Origin: Candidatus Gottesmanbacteria bacterium
GTDB lineage: Bacteria; Patescibacteriota; Microgenomatia; 2-02-FULL-39-11
DNA length: 64,000 nucleotides
Reading direction: 5' to 3'
Assembly: GCA_016186795.1 (NCBI GenBank)
Contig: JACPKY010000001.1
Location: forward strand, 65,357 to 129,356
In this document: positions 25,826 through 35,384 of the stretch, in pieces
How positions within the stretch are numbered: position 1 is the stretch's first letter
How the letters are laid out: every line of letters begins with the position of its first letter
Made by a program: the position numbers and the translations under genes
The notes under the pieces: model-generated
Databases searched by the model: none
Told to the model about the DNA's origin: nothing
What the model saw: only the letters and a program-made list of their open reading frames with translations

Positions 25826-26626
25826 ATGGCCTCATCAGCAGAAAAAATTCCTTCAGATCTCTACCCAACACTGAAAATTACCCGCATCAAAAATCCAAAC
25901 AAATTTTATGCAATCCCTCTACTTGGTTTTTTGGTAAAAATTATTATCCTTCTTCCTGTGTATATCGTCTTTGCTATTTACGGAGTTGCACTCTTCCTTA
26001 TCCTTGCAATAAATTCGTTTTATATCCTTTTTACTGGCAAATTTTGGAAAAGCGCATATGACTTTGAACTCGGATTCATGCGCTATACCGCAAAATTGTA
26101 CTTTTTCTTTTTCGGACTAACTGACACGTATCCTGGTTTTGACTTCACCATCCATGACTCATATACTTTGGATATTCACTATCCCAAAAATCCCAGTCGC
26201 TTTTTTGCCATACCGATCCTGGGGGGAATTGTCCGGATGATTCTCCTTGTGCCATATTTTATCTTCGAACAGGTCGTGAGCACCGGCGGATTTATTGGTG
26301 TTGTTGTATCATTCTATAGAGTGTTAACAAAAGGAGAATATCCCGAAAGCACCTTTGAATTGGCACGCGACTCAGTCCGTATCCGAGAAGCTGCCGGAGC
26401 CTACATGATGGGACTATCAGACTCCTACCCAAGTTTCTGGATTTCCTTCAATCACAAAAATATAAAAATCGCCCTCATCATCGCAGGTATCGTTGTAAGC
26501 TTCGGAAACTGGACCAATCAAGATTTCTTCCACAATCAGTACGAGTACGATAGCAAATATCGTGATGAAAAACCTTTCTATGTCCCCAACCTTGAAGGAA
26601 GAGACCGAGGAATTCGTGCTTTGTAA
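25826..26626 (+). CDS. Membrane protein with two DUF4389-like repeats
   Basis: Two homologous halves, each with a hydrophobic hairpin followed by ...YTAKLYFFFFGLTDTYPGF... or ...AGAYMMGLSDSYPSFW.... The internal start MASSAEK is used to avoid overlap with the previous gene. Confidence 0.45.
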   Translation: MASSAEKIPSDLYPTLKITRIKNPNKFYAIPLLGFLVKIIILLPVYIVFAIYGVALFLILAINSFYILFTGKFWKSAYDFELGFMRYTAKLYFFFFGLTDTYPGFDFTIHDSYTLDIHYPKNPSRFFAIPILGGIVRMILLVPYFIFEQVVSTGGFIGVVVSFYRVLTKGEYPESTFELARDSVRIREAAGAYMMGLSDSYPSFWISFNHKNIKIALIIAGIVVSFGNWTNQDFFHNQYEYDSKYRDEKPFYVPNLEGRDRGIRAL

Positions 26627-26694
26627 CGTATTTTGGTTTAGGTTCTGGTAAATTTTCCCTTGCAATTCCCATTTTTTTATGATGTACTATTCCC

Positions 26695-27423
26695 ATGACT
26701 CCTGCCCAAGATAAAACTCAAAACCAACCATCGACTCTCCCACCCACTCCACCGCAAGTACCCACTCCACCTCCAATTGATCCACTCACTTCACCAATCT
26801 CACAATCACCAAGTCAAGCCCCACAAGTAAACGAACCAGGTATTCCCCTTCATCATGATACTTTGGGTGAAACCACGTCTCAAACTCCTCCAGTCTCACA
26901 ATCTGAACCTCTCCAAAGGGCAGTTCCACCAATTCCACCCTCAACAATTGCATCTCCGCCACCAAAAGACGAATCCATGCCTCATCCGCCACCATCAGCT
27001 CCACCTTTCGAGACTCCTCCATCACCTCCGCCGCCGCCTCCACCGCCACCAGGAGTTCCTCCTCCGCCGGTTATCGCAAATCCCAATGCGTATGGAAGTA
27101 AATTCCCGCATATGTTTGTCACCATCCTTATCGCTATCGTCATGCTTGGATTTTCTGGATCATTCCTCTACTTCCAATTGGTTCGTTCAAAACCAAATGT
27201 CACCAAACCTGCCATCACTCCTCCGGTATCCATACCGGTTGAACCATCAATCACCCCAGTGGTAAACCCATTTGCCACATCATCTGCTGAACTTGAAAAT
27301 CCATTCGCTACACCTTCTGCTGCAGTTGAAAATCCATTTGGACAAGCAGAAAATCCCTTTGAGCAATTTTCCGAAAGCACCAATTCCGGATCAGCACCCT
27401 ATACAAATCCATTTGCGCAGTAA
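26695..27423 (+). CDS. Proline-rich single-pass membrane protein with C-terminal NPF repeats
   Basis: N-terminal 140 aa are P/T/S-rich and include a PPSPPPPPPPPPGVPPPPV polyproline run. One TM helix (MFVTILIAIVMLGFSGSFLYF). C-terminus carries five (E)NPF(A/G/E) repeats. Confidence 0.5.
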   Translation: MTPAQDKTQNQPSTLPPTPPQVPTPPPIDPLTSPISQSPSQAPQVNEPGIPLHHDTLGETTSQTPPVSQSEPLQRAVPPIPPSTIASPPPKDESMPHPPPSAPPFETPPSPPPPPPPPPGVPPPPVIANPNAYGSKFPHMFVTILIAIVMLGFSGSFLYFQLVRSKPNVTKPAITPPVSIPVEPSITPVVNPFATSSAELENPFATPSAAVENPFGQAENPFEQFSESTNSGSAPYTNPFAQ

Positions 27424-27429
27424 CTTCGT

Positions 27430-28671
27430 ATGCAAAAAAAAATTACAACAATTCTTATCATCGTTATTTCCTTTTTTTTCCTAAGTCTTTTCGCCCCCTC
27501 AAATACGTCGGCACAGTACGTCCGGTTCCCGATTCCTGAACTTGGCTACTGTGAGGATCCAATCAGCTGTTATGATTTCTGTCAAATTCCAGAAAATTCT
27601 CCCGCTTGTTGGTCGTATGGGAAGTTTATCCTTAAAAAAAATGTCCTTGGAGAAGAAACGGAAACTCCGGAAGAAAAGGCAAGAAAAGCGGGAATTACTT
27701 TTCCTGTTGCGGAACTTGGGAATTGTACGGATGCAAAGTCTTGTATGGCCTACTGTAATGAGCCGGACCACTACGAAGCATGCAGTCAGTTTGCCCAAAA
27801 ACACGGTCTTAGGAAAAACGAAGATAACCAAAATGAGCCAAATCAGAAAATTCTCCAAGCTGCTGCCACTGAGCTAGGCTGTACCACTCCTGATGCATGC
27901 AAAGCTTTTTGCCAACGGGAAGAAAACGCAACGAAATGTAGTGAGTTTGGAGAAAAACATAAGCTCATCCAGTCAAAAAATAAGGTCACACGAGAGGTTA
28001 TTGCAAAAGCAAAACAAGAGCTCGGGTGCAACTCTGAATCCTCATGTCGAACCATTTGTAGTCAGGTAGAAAATCAGGAAAAATGCATGGCGTTTGGGAA
28101 GAAAGTTGGACTTGTAGAAGAAGAGAAATTCCAAAAATTTCAGGAAAACCAACAGGATCAGATGCGGACTTTAGAAAAAGCAAAACAGGAGCTTGGATGC
28201 GACTCGAGAGAATCTTGCAGTAATTTTTGTGAAAGAGAGGAAAATAAAGATAAATGCATACGGCTTCATGAAAGTGTGAGCCGGGACGATCGCGAAGGAA
28301 AAAATACAATCCAATCGGAAAATCGAGGTCCGTCAGAAAACCAAGGTCCATCCGAAAACCAGGGTCCAAGTGATAAGCGACCAGTTCAGACAAATCAATC
28401 CAGAGGTTCCGATACTCAAGGCTGCAAAACAGAAGCAGAATGCAAGGCAATTTGCGAAAAAAACCCAGATAAATGTCCCGGATTTTCCGAGTCTTCCTCA
28501 AAGATGGGAAAATCAAGCGCTGGATTTGAGGCCATTCGAGTCAAGGAAGAAGAAGAATTACGACGACAAAAAGGAAATAGTCCAAACGATTCACCTCGGG
28601 AGATTCCCAATCAGGAAAAACCAAAAGAAAATACTTCAACCAATACGTCGAATGGTGGATTCCCTCAATAA
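27430..28671 (+). CDS. Secreted cysteine-repeat protein (6 x about 35-aa four-Cys ELGC modules)
   Basis: Signal peptide (ILIIVISFFFLSLFAPSNTSA). Six copies of the [A/Q/T]ELGC-x4-5-C-x3-C-x5-8-C-x2-(F/H)G-x-K-(H)-x-L module, plus a tandem ENRGPSENQGPSENQGPSD repeat. Confidence 0.6.
   Translation: MQKKITTILIIVISFFFLSLFAPSNTSAQYVRFPIPELGYCEDPISCYDFCQIPENSPACWSYGKFILKKNVLGEETETPEEKARKAGITFPVAELGNCTDAKSCMAYCNEPDHYEACSQFAQKHGLRKNEDNQNEPNQKILQAAATELGCTTPDACKAFCQREENATKCSEFGEKHKLIQSKNKVTREVIAKAKQELGCNSESSCRTICSQVENQEKCMAFGKKVGLVEEEKFQKFQENQQDQMRTLEKAKQELGCDSRESCSNFCEREENKDKCIRLHESVSRDDREGKNTIQSENRGPSENQGPSENQGPSDKRPVQTNQSRGSDTQGCKTEAECKAICEKNPDKCPGFSESSSKMGKSSAGFEAIRVKEEEELRRQKGNSPNDSPREIPNQEKPKENTSTNTSNGGFPQ
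28321..28377. repeat. 18-bp tandem repeat (x3) encoding (S/R)ENQGP within the Cys-repeat protein gene
   Basis: ggtccgtcagaaaaccaa / ggtccatccgaaaaccag / ggtccaagtgataag. Confidence 0.6.
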
Positions 28672-28694
28672 TGTGAAATTGGGGCTTTCTTCCT

Positions 28695-29339
28695 ATGAAC
28701 CAAGATTCCTCTGCTCACATTCTCCTTCTTACCCTTCTGATTGTCATCACGATTAATCTCTTTATCCTTGATATTAAAATTTTTACACCAGCTGCCACCA
28801 GGTTTTCCGATATTAGTACGACTATTGTCCCAACTGCTCCTGTCGTATCGGCAGATGCAAATGAAAATAGCTGCCCGGCAAGTTGTGTAGGACTTATTCA
28901 AAATATCCAAACCTCTCAAACAAGTGCTGAATTGCCAATTCAATCCCAGACATCCTCCCAACTTCCCACAACTCGTGAATACTACATCCCTCTTGGGAGC
29001 GGATCAACCCAAAATACCCAGTGGGAAGATCTCACGACCACCGAAACGCTTATCGATACCGCTCTCTATGGGACAGTGAAAGAAGCGTATTTTATCGCTG
29101 CCCTTTCTAATCCTACGCAAAATGGCATTATCGAGGCTCAACTGTATAATGCGACTGATAAACATGCAGTATGGAATTCAAAAGTCACTATGAACGGTCC
29201 GTCATCACAGACCATCTCTTCAGGCTCGATAACGCTTGATGCTGGATCCAAACTTTACCGAGTTCAGCTTAAAAGCGGACTGGGATTTTCTGCATCTGTC
29301 ACTTCGGCAAAGATTAGAATTGTGACAACCCAGTGGTAA
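28695..29339 (+). CDS. Hypothetical membrane-anchored/secreted protein (214 aa)
   Basis: N-terminal TM (AHILLLTLLIVITINLFIL), then a Ser/Thr-rich region. No motif recognised. Confidence 0.45.
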   Translation: MNQDSSAHILLLTLLIVITINLFILDIKIFTPAATRFSDISTTIVPTAPVVSADANENSCPASCVGLIQNIQTSQTSAELPIQSQTSSQLPTTREYYIPLGSGSTQNTQWEDLTTTETLIDTALYGTVKEAYFIAALSNPTQNGIIEAQLYNATDKHAVWNSKVTMNGPSSQTISSGSITLDAGSKLYRVQLKSGLGFSASVTSAKIRIVTTQW

Positions 29340-29914
29340 AAATCCATTTTCCATTCTGGGAAATCCTTCTTATTTCTTTTTTGATTTCCCTCGGATTATT
29401 TTTACTGTATAGCAGCATTTCCACCTCTCCTTCCCCCACCATTCCATTGCCTTCGCCAACGCTTTCTCCTCCACTATCCCAATTCCCCTCCCTTTCTCCA
29501 ACACCTCATGATACTTTGGAGACAGCTACCGTCGGTCGTATTGTTGATGGCGATACCATTGAACTTACCGACGGACGAAAAGTTCGATATATAGGGATCG
29601 ATACTCCTGAATCGAAAGATCCACGATCTCCCGTTGAGTGTTTTGGACAAAAAGCTTCGGAGAAAAATGCAGAACTAGTTTTGGATAAAGAAATTACGAT
29701 GGAGAAAGATATTTCGGATAAAGACTCTTTTGGAAGACTGCTACGGTATGTTTTTGTTGGTGATGTATTTATAAATGACTACCTTGTCCGCCAAGGGTAT
29801 GCGCAGATAAGTATCTACCCCCCAGATGTGAAGTATCAAGACGAATTTCTTGCCTCACAACAAGAAGCCAGGGAGAATAATCGAGGATTGTGGAAGGAAT
29901 GCACCAATAGTTAA
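29333..29914 (+). CDS. nuc: Membrane-anchored thermonuclease (staphylococcal nuclease/SNase family)
   Basis: TM anchor plus PS/PT linker, then SNase fold motifs: ATVGRIVDGDTIEL, VRYIGIDTPES, ECFGQKASEKNAELV, and the FGRLLRYV(F)... Arg/Tyr cluster. Confidence 0.75.
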   Translation: MVKIHFPFWEILLISFLISLGLFLLYSSISTSPSPTIPLPSPTLSPPLSQFPSLSPTPHDTLETATVGRIVDGDTIELTDGRKVRYIGIDTPESKDPRSPVECFGQKASEKNAELVLDKEITMEKDISDKDSFGRLLRYVFVGDVFINDYLVRQGYAQISIYPPDVKYQDEFLASQQEARENNRGLWKECTNS

Positions 29915-30027
29915 CTATCAAATAAATAATTCCGGTTTTTATGCCAAAGAATCTTAGAAAAAAATATTTCTCTTTCTATAATGACGGATTGACATACTAA
30001 TTTAAACACCCCTACAATGGAGAAAGA

Positions 30028-31155
30028 GTGACAAAACTGATTTTGGTCATTAGTTGTTTTTTTATTTTCCTACTCCTCTTTACCCTTCAACCTGTCCAAG
30101 GCGCATATAGCCTTCGGCAAAGTTCAGTCGATGGAAAATCCCAAATCATCCTTATAAAAGAACCAGAAAACAGTGTAATGCCAAATGTGAGCTTTGGTAA
30201 TCTCCTTGGTCTTCCATCAAAGACTCAGTCGCTAACGCCTTTCCTAAATTCAACCCTTCGCGCAAACAATATAAAAAGTGTCCTTGCGCAACTTGATGAG
30301 TATCAACCGATTAAAAATAATTTCCCCACTCCCACCCCGCAGATACTTGGTACGTCGACCTCAATGGCGATTCCTACTCTAATCTCTGCAGTTTCTTCCT
30401 TTGTCCAAGGTGACGATGAATTGCTTCCTCTGTATACCCCTACTCCAACCCCAATAACTACTCTAGTGCCACAAATCGGCGATCTTGTAAAAAATCCAAA
30501 AAACACCTACATCATTGCCCTTTTGGGAGATTCAATGGTAGACACGATGGGAAGGGATTTACGTGTCCTAAACGATTATCTCAAAGAAGCATTCCCTACA
30601 GGCTCTTTCGCACTTCTGAACTACGGATTTGGGTCAACAGATATGGAAAGTGGTTTGACGAGGCTCACTCGCTATTCAACATATTTAGATAAATTCTATC
30701 CACCGGTTCTTTCCTATAGACCAGACATCCTCGTTGTCGAATCGTTTGCATACAACCACTGGAGTGGAAACCAGTACGATCTGGACCGGCATTGGTTAAC
30801 AATTGCCAAAATCATTGACATCGTGAAAGAGAAATCGCCAAGTACGCAAATTGTCCTGTTCTCAACGATTGCCCCCCACCCACTCATATTTGGCGACGGA
30901 GCACTTAACTGGCCGGCAACAATGAAATGGCAATCTGCCCAAATTATTAAAAGCTATCTCGAAAATATGACCCGCTTTGCGATTTCAGAAAAATACCCGC
31001 TTGCCGATGCGTACCATCCCTCGCTTGACTATCAAGGATACGGCATCAAAACGTATATTAATCCCGGCGATAACCTTCACCTCTCCGATGAAGGAAGACG
31101 ATTTGTCAGTAAAAAAATCGTCGATACGATAAAAGAAAATAAACTGATACAGTAA
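30028..31155 (+). CDS. SGNH/GDSL-type hydrolase (lipase/esterase-like), secreted
   Basis: Signal/TM (LILVISCFFIFLLLFTL). YIIALLGDSMVDTMG (GDS block I with nucleophilic Ser), the GFG(S) block and a C-terminal NLHLSDEG (DxxH-like block V). Confidence 0.5.
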   Translation: MTKLILVISCFFIFLLLFTLQPVQGAYSLRQSSVDGKSQIILIKEPENSVMPNVSFGNLLGLPSKTQSLTPFLNSTLRANNIKSVLAQLDEYQPIKNNFPTPTPQILGTSTSMAIPTLISAVSSFVQGDDELLPLYTPTPTPITTLVPQIGDLVKNPKNTYIIALLGDSMVDTMGRDLRVLNDYLKEAFPTGSFALLNYGFGSTDMESGLTRLTRYSTYLDKFYPPVLSYRPDILVVESFAYNHWSGNQYDLDRHWLTIAKIIDIVKEKSPSTQIVLFSTIAPHPLIFGDGALNWPATMKWQSAQIIKSYLENMTRFAISEKYPLADAYHPSLDYQGYGIKTYINPGDNLHLSDEGRRFVSKKIVDTIKENKLIQ

Positions 31156-31156
31156 T

Positions 31157-31927
31157 ATGCACTGTCCATCTTGCGGCAATCTACTACAGAAACTGGAAGT
31201 CACGACTCTTGGAGGTATAAAATTCTCCGTTGACCACTGCGGCTACTGCGGTGGTACATGGTTTGATCCATTTGAAATCAATCGAGTTCCCTATCATGAG
31301 GTAGTGCGTCTTGCAAAACTCACTGTTCTTCCGAAACATGCACCAATTCCACCAAGGACACTCCTTTGCCCACGAGATCATACAAAACTTGAGCGGTTCC
31401 ACTCTGAAAGTCTGCCAACCAATGTCATTATTTTCCGCTGTCACAAGTGTCACGGGTACTGGGCGACACAAAAGAGTCTGGAAATCCTCAAAGAGACAGA
31501 GGAAAAACGAGAAGATCGATTTTCCAAAAAGCGCGGTTTTTATAAATCTGTCAGCGCCATACTCTGGCCGGCTTCATTTCTTGTCCTTCTTCTTATTGCG
31601 TCTTTTGTAACAATCGTCAATACTGGAAAACCACAAACTGTTTCGACGAAAGCAACGGAGGTTATAACAGCTCTTTCCATTATTCCCATTACAAAAACTT
31701 CAGTCACGATTTCTTTCCAAACCCAAACTCCCTACCGCTCTTCCATTTCCTATGGCAGGACACTCCTTGATATGCGTACTCTTCCTATTTCAACCGTTCC
31801 AACGACATCACACAGCCGAATCCTTATTGGTTTGGACGAAGATACTTCCTATATCTACCGGCTAACTCTTATTGACCAAAATAATCAAACGCTCACCTCA
31901 CCAGAGAGCGTATTTTCCTCAAAGTAG
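31157..31927 (+). CDS. Membrane protein with two N-terminal zinc-ribbon (CxxC...CxxC-GxWFD type) domains
   Basis: MHCPSCGNLL...HCGYCGGTWFDPFE and CPRDHTKL...CHKCHGYWATQKSLE (zf-TFIIB-like, PF13453 pattern), then a TM helix (ILWPASFLVLLLIASFVTIV) and a T/S-rich extracellular tail. Confidence 0.5.
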   Translation: MHCPSCGNLLQKLEVTTLGGIKFSVDHCGYCGGTWFDPFEINRVPYHEVVRLAKLTVLPKHAPIPPRTLLCPRDHTKLERFHSESLPTNVIIFRCHKCHGYWATQKSLEILKETEEKREDRFSKKRGFYKSVSAILWPASFLVLLLIASFVTIVNTGKPQTVSTKATEVITALSIIPITKTSVTISFQTQTPYRSSISYGRTLLDMRTLPISTVPTTSHSRILIGLDEDTSYIYRLTLIDQNNQTLTSPESVFSSK

Positions 31928-32570
31928 TCAAATAACCATCAACAAATAACGTCCTATGGAGGCGAGTAACCCCGTATTTTTGTATTGCCTGTTGATGATC
32001 ACCGGTCCCGTAGCCTTTATTCTTCCCCCACTGATATCTTCTATATTTCTTTGCTAACTTCTGCATCAAAGTATCTCTATAGACTTTGGCAATAATTGAT
32101 GCGGCGGAAACTGAAAGGCATTTTTCATCACCTTTTATAATCGCCTTTTGACGATTTAGACCAATCCCGGCTATATACTTTACATGAAAAGCATCTATTA
32201 AAACGAATTGTTTCATTGTTGCATTGATATATTGTTTAATTGTTAAATTTTTTATTGCTCTTCTCATCGCTTTCTCGGTGGCTTTTACTATCCCAAAGCG
32301 ATTTATTTCTTCTACACTTCCCTCGCCGACAGCCCAATGAAAGTATTTTTTAATGTATGGGACAAGTTCTTTTCTCTTCGTAGCGGAGAGTTTCTTCGAA
32401 TCATTCACTCCCAAATCTATCACGAATGATTGACTACTAATTTCTTTCAGTGCAACAGCACCAGCAACGACAGGCCCAGCAAATGCACCACGGCCTACTT
32501 CATCAACTCCGATAATCCGTCTATATCCTTTCTTCCACAACAAAAGCTCATAGGAAAAGTCAGGAAGCAT
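31893..32570 (-). CDS. rnhB: Ribonuclease HII
   Basis: GVDEVGRGAFAGPVVAGAVAL (catalytic DEVGRG motif) and ...DSKKLS...; length about 225 aa. Confidence 0.85.
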   Translation of the reverse strand: MLPDFSYELLLWKKGYRRIIGVDEVGRGAFAGPVVAGAVALKEISSQSFVIDLGVNDSKKLSATKRKELVPYIKKYFHWAVGEGSVEEINRFGIVKATEKAMRRAIKNLTIKQYINATMKQFVLIDAFHVKYIAGIGLNRQKAIIKGDEKCLSVSAASIIAKVYRDTLMQKLAKKYRRYQWGKNKGYGTGDHQQAIQKYGVTRLHRTLFVDGYLTTLRKIRSLVR

Positions 32571-32598
32571 ATCTATCGTTTATTGTATAGGGGGAGTA

Positions 32599-33480
32599 TT
32601 ACAGTTTCAAACTCTTGAGGTATTTGCGGAAGTTTCCATTGACATCCGGATGCTGGAGCGCAAACTCAATGACAGTTTTCAAATACTCGTACTTATCTCC
32701 GGTATCATAGTACGTAGCATCCTTTATTTCACAGACGAGTACTTTTTCGATTTTTTTGAGCTGCTCGATTGCCTCAGGAAGCCACAGTTCTCCACCTTTC
32801 CCTGGTTTGAGATTTTCAATGATCGGGAAGATTTCCGGAGGAAGGATGTATGCTCCATGAGCTGCTAAATTTGAAGGGGCTCGATCAGGATCGGGCTTTT
32901 CAAAAATATCGATAAGCTCATATACATTGTCTTTCACATTTTTGACTTTTGCTATCCCGTAACGGGAAAGATCGCTCTTCTCTTTAATTCGGACACCGGA
33001 AATAACAGGCTTCCCATACTCGGCATAGACATCAATCATCTGTTTGAGACGGGGAGGCTTGGAATGGATAAATTCATCACCCCAGAGGACTGCAAAAGGC
33101 TCGTTCCCAATGACATTCTTGGCACAAAGAACTGGAGTTGCATTCCCATATGGGCCCTTCTGACGGACATAAATAAAATTAGCCATTTCGGCAATGCGGC
33201 GGACTTCTGCAAGTTGCTTTTCTTTCCCTGCCTCTTCTAATCGCTTTTCTAATTCGAACGGATAGTCAAAATGGTCCTCGATCGACCGTTTATGCCACCC
33301 TGTTATCATGACAATATCCGTAATACCAGATGCCACAATCTCTTCCACAACATACTGAATAACGGGTTTATCAACAATCGGAAGCATCTCCTTGGGCATT
33401 GCCTTGGTTTGGGGAAGAAATCTGGTACCAAATCCTGCAGCTGGAATAACGGCTTTCCGAATCTTTGTGTTATGTTTCAT
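32599..33480 (-). CDS. galU: UTP--glucose-1-phosphate uridylyltransferase
   Basis: KAVIPAAGFGTRFLPQTKAMPKEMLPIVDKPVIQYVVEE (GalU G-rich loop), VLCAKNVIGNEPFAVLWGDE. The ORF extends a further 49 codons to 33627, but the conserved start is MKHNTKIRKAVIPAAG. Confidence 0.8.
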   Translation of the reverse strand: MKHNTKIRKAVIPAAGFGTRFLPQTKAMPKEMLPIVDKPVIQYVVEEIVASGITDIVMITGWHKRSIEDHFDYPFELEKRLEEAGKEKQLAEVRRIAEMANFIYVRQKGPYGNATPVLCAKNVIGNEPFAVLWGDEFIHSKPPRLKQMIDVYAEYGKPVISGVRIKEKSDLSRYGIAKVKNVKDNVYELIDIFEKPDPDRAPSNLAAHGAYILPPEIFPIIENLKPGKGGELWLPEAIEQLKKIEKVLVCEIKDATYYDTGDKYEYLKTVIEFALQHPDVNGNFRKYLKSLKL

Positions 33481-33730
33481 AGAATAAAGAAAGTATTCTC
33501 GATGATACACCGTCCAATATTCATAAGTCAAACTATCATACCCGCCATAAAATGGAATTTCGTCCTGAGGAAAACCTGTTGTATAATCCTCTCTTACCCA
33601 AAACTTGTCCTTGGGGCAGTTTAACAATCTGGATCAAAACGAGAGATTTCTTTTTCCGCCGGATTACTCCGACAGAAGAAGGAGTCTCTCGTGAGGGCGA
33701 CACGAAAGTCTCGATAATCACTGGAGGAAC

Positions 33731-34079
33731 GATGAAAACCACCATAAGATTAAGATACGAAAAAGTGCGACCTCGAAAATGCCACATCTGTGGAAAACCA
33801 GTACCCTTTCACGAGAATGCAGATGCAGTTCTGGCATTCTCCACAAACAATGCGAAATTGTTTTGTAAAGTGCTGGACAATCGCACCAGAGTTCATCATG
33901 CCCTCCCGAAAGGGAAATGTCCCGGCGATCCGAAGATCGTCGAAGCCAATCAAGGCAAAACAACCCACCAAGCCGCCGCTAGTATCCGCCGGACATTAAA
34001 ACTTTTTTCCGCGTGGGGCAAATACAACTACGACCGTGGTACATGGCTCGCGGAGTTTTTCGACGATATTACGTCATGA
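33731..34079 (+). CDS. Hypothetical basic protein with CxxC (about 116 aa)
   Basis: Start at MKTTIRLRYEKVRPRKCHICGKPVPFHENADAVLAF, preceded by a GGAGGAACG RBS. The longer track ORF (33552) overlaps galU on the opposite strand. Confidence 0.3.
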
Positions 34080-34391
34080 GAAACCACAAGAAAAGGAGGA
34101 ACTATCGGTAACTGAAAAAATTCTCGCGTGTAACACTGTACACGCACATAACAACTTCAGTAATAACGGTGAAGCAGGTTAAGGCAGGAATTATCTGCCT
34201 CAGGATCTGCCTGAGGAGGTCTGCAACTCAATGCGGCCGTTGATCCAGAAAAATCTCAATGTATCAGAGAAGATGCCTCAAAGCATTTCGTCGCCCATTT
34301 CCAGATGCTGCACTTCTCTGATACATTATTCTTTCCTTCTCTTTCCAATAGAATTGCACTTCCGCGTCTATTTATGATACACTCGTATCCT

Positions 34392-34610
34392 ATGCAATCG
34401 CCAACAATTATGATGCCGGATTTCAAGGGAAATCCAGTGGTATTTCTCAAAGAAGTACGTGCAGAACTCGTAAAAGTGATCTGGCCAGGACGAGCGGAAG
34501 TTATAAAATTAACAATAGTTGTCATCATGATTTCATTGGTATTCGGACTCTATATCGGCGGACTTGATTTGCTTTTTACCAAACTTACTGATGTACTTAT
34601 AAAACGGTAA
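34392..34610 (+). CDS. secE: Preprotein translocase subunit SecE
   Basis: ...NPVVFLKEVRAELVKVIWPGRAEVIKLTIVVIMISLVFGLYIGGLDLLF is the SecE signature (K.l.Ev.aElkKV.WP.r.e) plus a single TM. Stop overlaps the nusG start, which is the canonical arrangement. The start codon among the M30/M36/M37 candidates is uncertain. Confidence 0.65.
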   Translation: MQSPTIMMPDFKGNPVVFLKEVRAELVKVIWPGRAEVIKLTIVVIMISLVFGLYIGGLDLLFTKLTDVLIKR

Positions 34611-35263
34611 TGCCAGACGAATCAAACAAGACAAAACAAGCACAAACAGGAGAAATTCCTCAAAAAGAAGAACAAAAACCTGAGGTAAAAACTCCTACTG
34701 AAGCTCTCCCTGAAGAAAAACCGCAACCTGCGCCAAAACCGCCCGGACAATGGTTTGTCGTCCATACGTATTCTGGCCATGAAAATAAAGCAGCTGAAGC
34801 TCTTAAACAGCGCATCAAGACAATGAATTTAACTTCCAACGTTTTTGATGTTGTTGTCCCAACGCGAAATATTGTCGTAGTCCGTCATGGAAAAAAGGAA
34901 GAAACAAAAGAGAAAATCTTCCCCGGATACATCCTTGTCAATATGAACCTCAATGACGAAACGTGGCTTGCGGTACGCACAACTCCGGGAGTTACGGCAT
35001 TCGTCGGAGTTGGCAATAAGCCAACACCTATTTCTGATAAAGAGGTTGATGCTATCCTTAAATTTACCCAACTTGCAGCTCCCAAATTCAAAACTAAATT
35101 TAGTAAAGGCGAAGCTGTTAAAATTATTGACGGACCATTTGTCGACTTTCTGGGAACAGTTGATGTCATCGATGAAGATAAAGGAAAAGTCAAGATTTTG
35201 GTATCAATCTTTGGCCGCGAAACCCCAGTTGAGTTAGACTTCCTCCAGGTCGCCAAACTGTAA
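34610..35263 (+). CDS. nusG: Transcription termination/antitermination factor NusG (with about 45-aa K/E/P-rich N-terminal extension)
   Basis: NGN domain: GQWFVVHTYSGHENKAAEALKQRIK...FPGYILVNMNLNDETWLAVRTTPGVTAFVG. KOW domain: FSKGEAVKIIDGPFVDFLGTVDVIDEDKGKVKILVSIFGRETPVELDFLQVAKL. Confidence 0.85.
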   Translation: MPDESNKTKQAQTGEIPQKEEQKPEVKTPTEALPEEKPQPAPKPPGQWFVVHTYSGHENKAAEALKQRIKTMNLTSNVFDVVVPTRNIVVVRHGKKEETKEKIFPGYILVNMNLNDETWLAVRTTPGVTAFVGVGNKPTPISDKEVDAILKFTQLAAPKFKTKFSKGEAVKIIDGPFVDFLGTVDVIDEDKGKVKILVSIFGRETPVELDFLQVAKL

Positions 35264-35384
35264 AGATTCATTTCCTGTGAATTGTGTCATATTTATATCC
35301 TATATTTTCCGTGAAAACTTTTCTATAGGTTATTATGTGGATAATTTATCCATGACTTATAATAATTTCTCCCAAAAACGCTCT

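Noticed and set aside
33481-33627. 49-codon N-terminal extension of galU
   Set aside because: The conserved GalU start (MKHNTKIRKAVIPAAGFGTR) is internal, and the upstream extension has no similarity to GalU. The shorter start is used instead.
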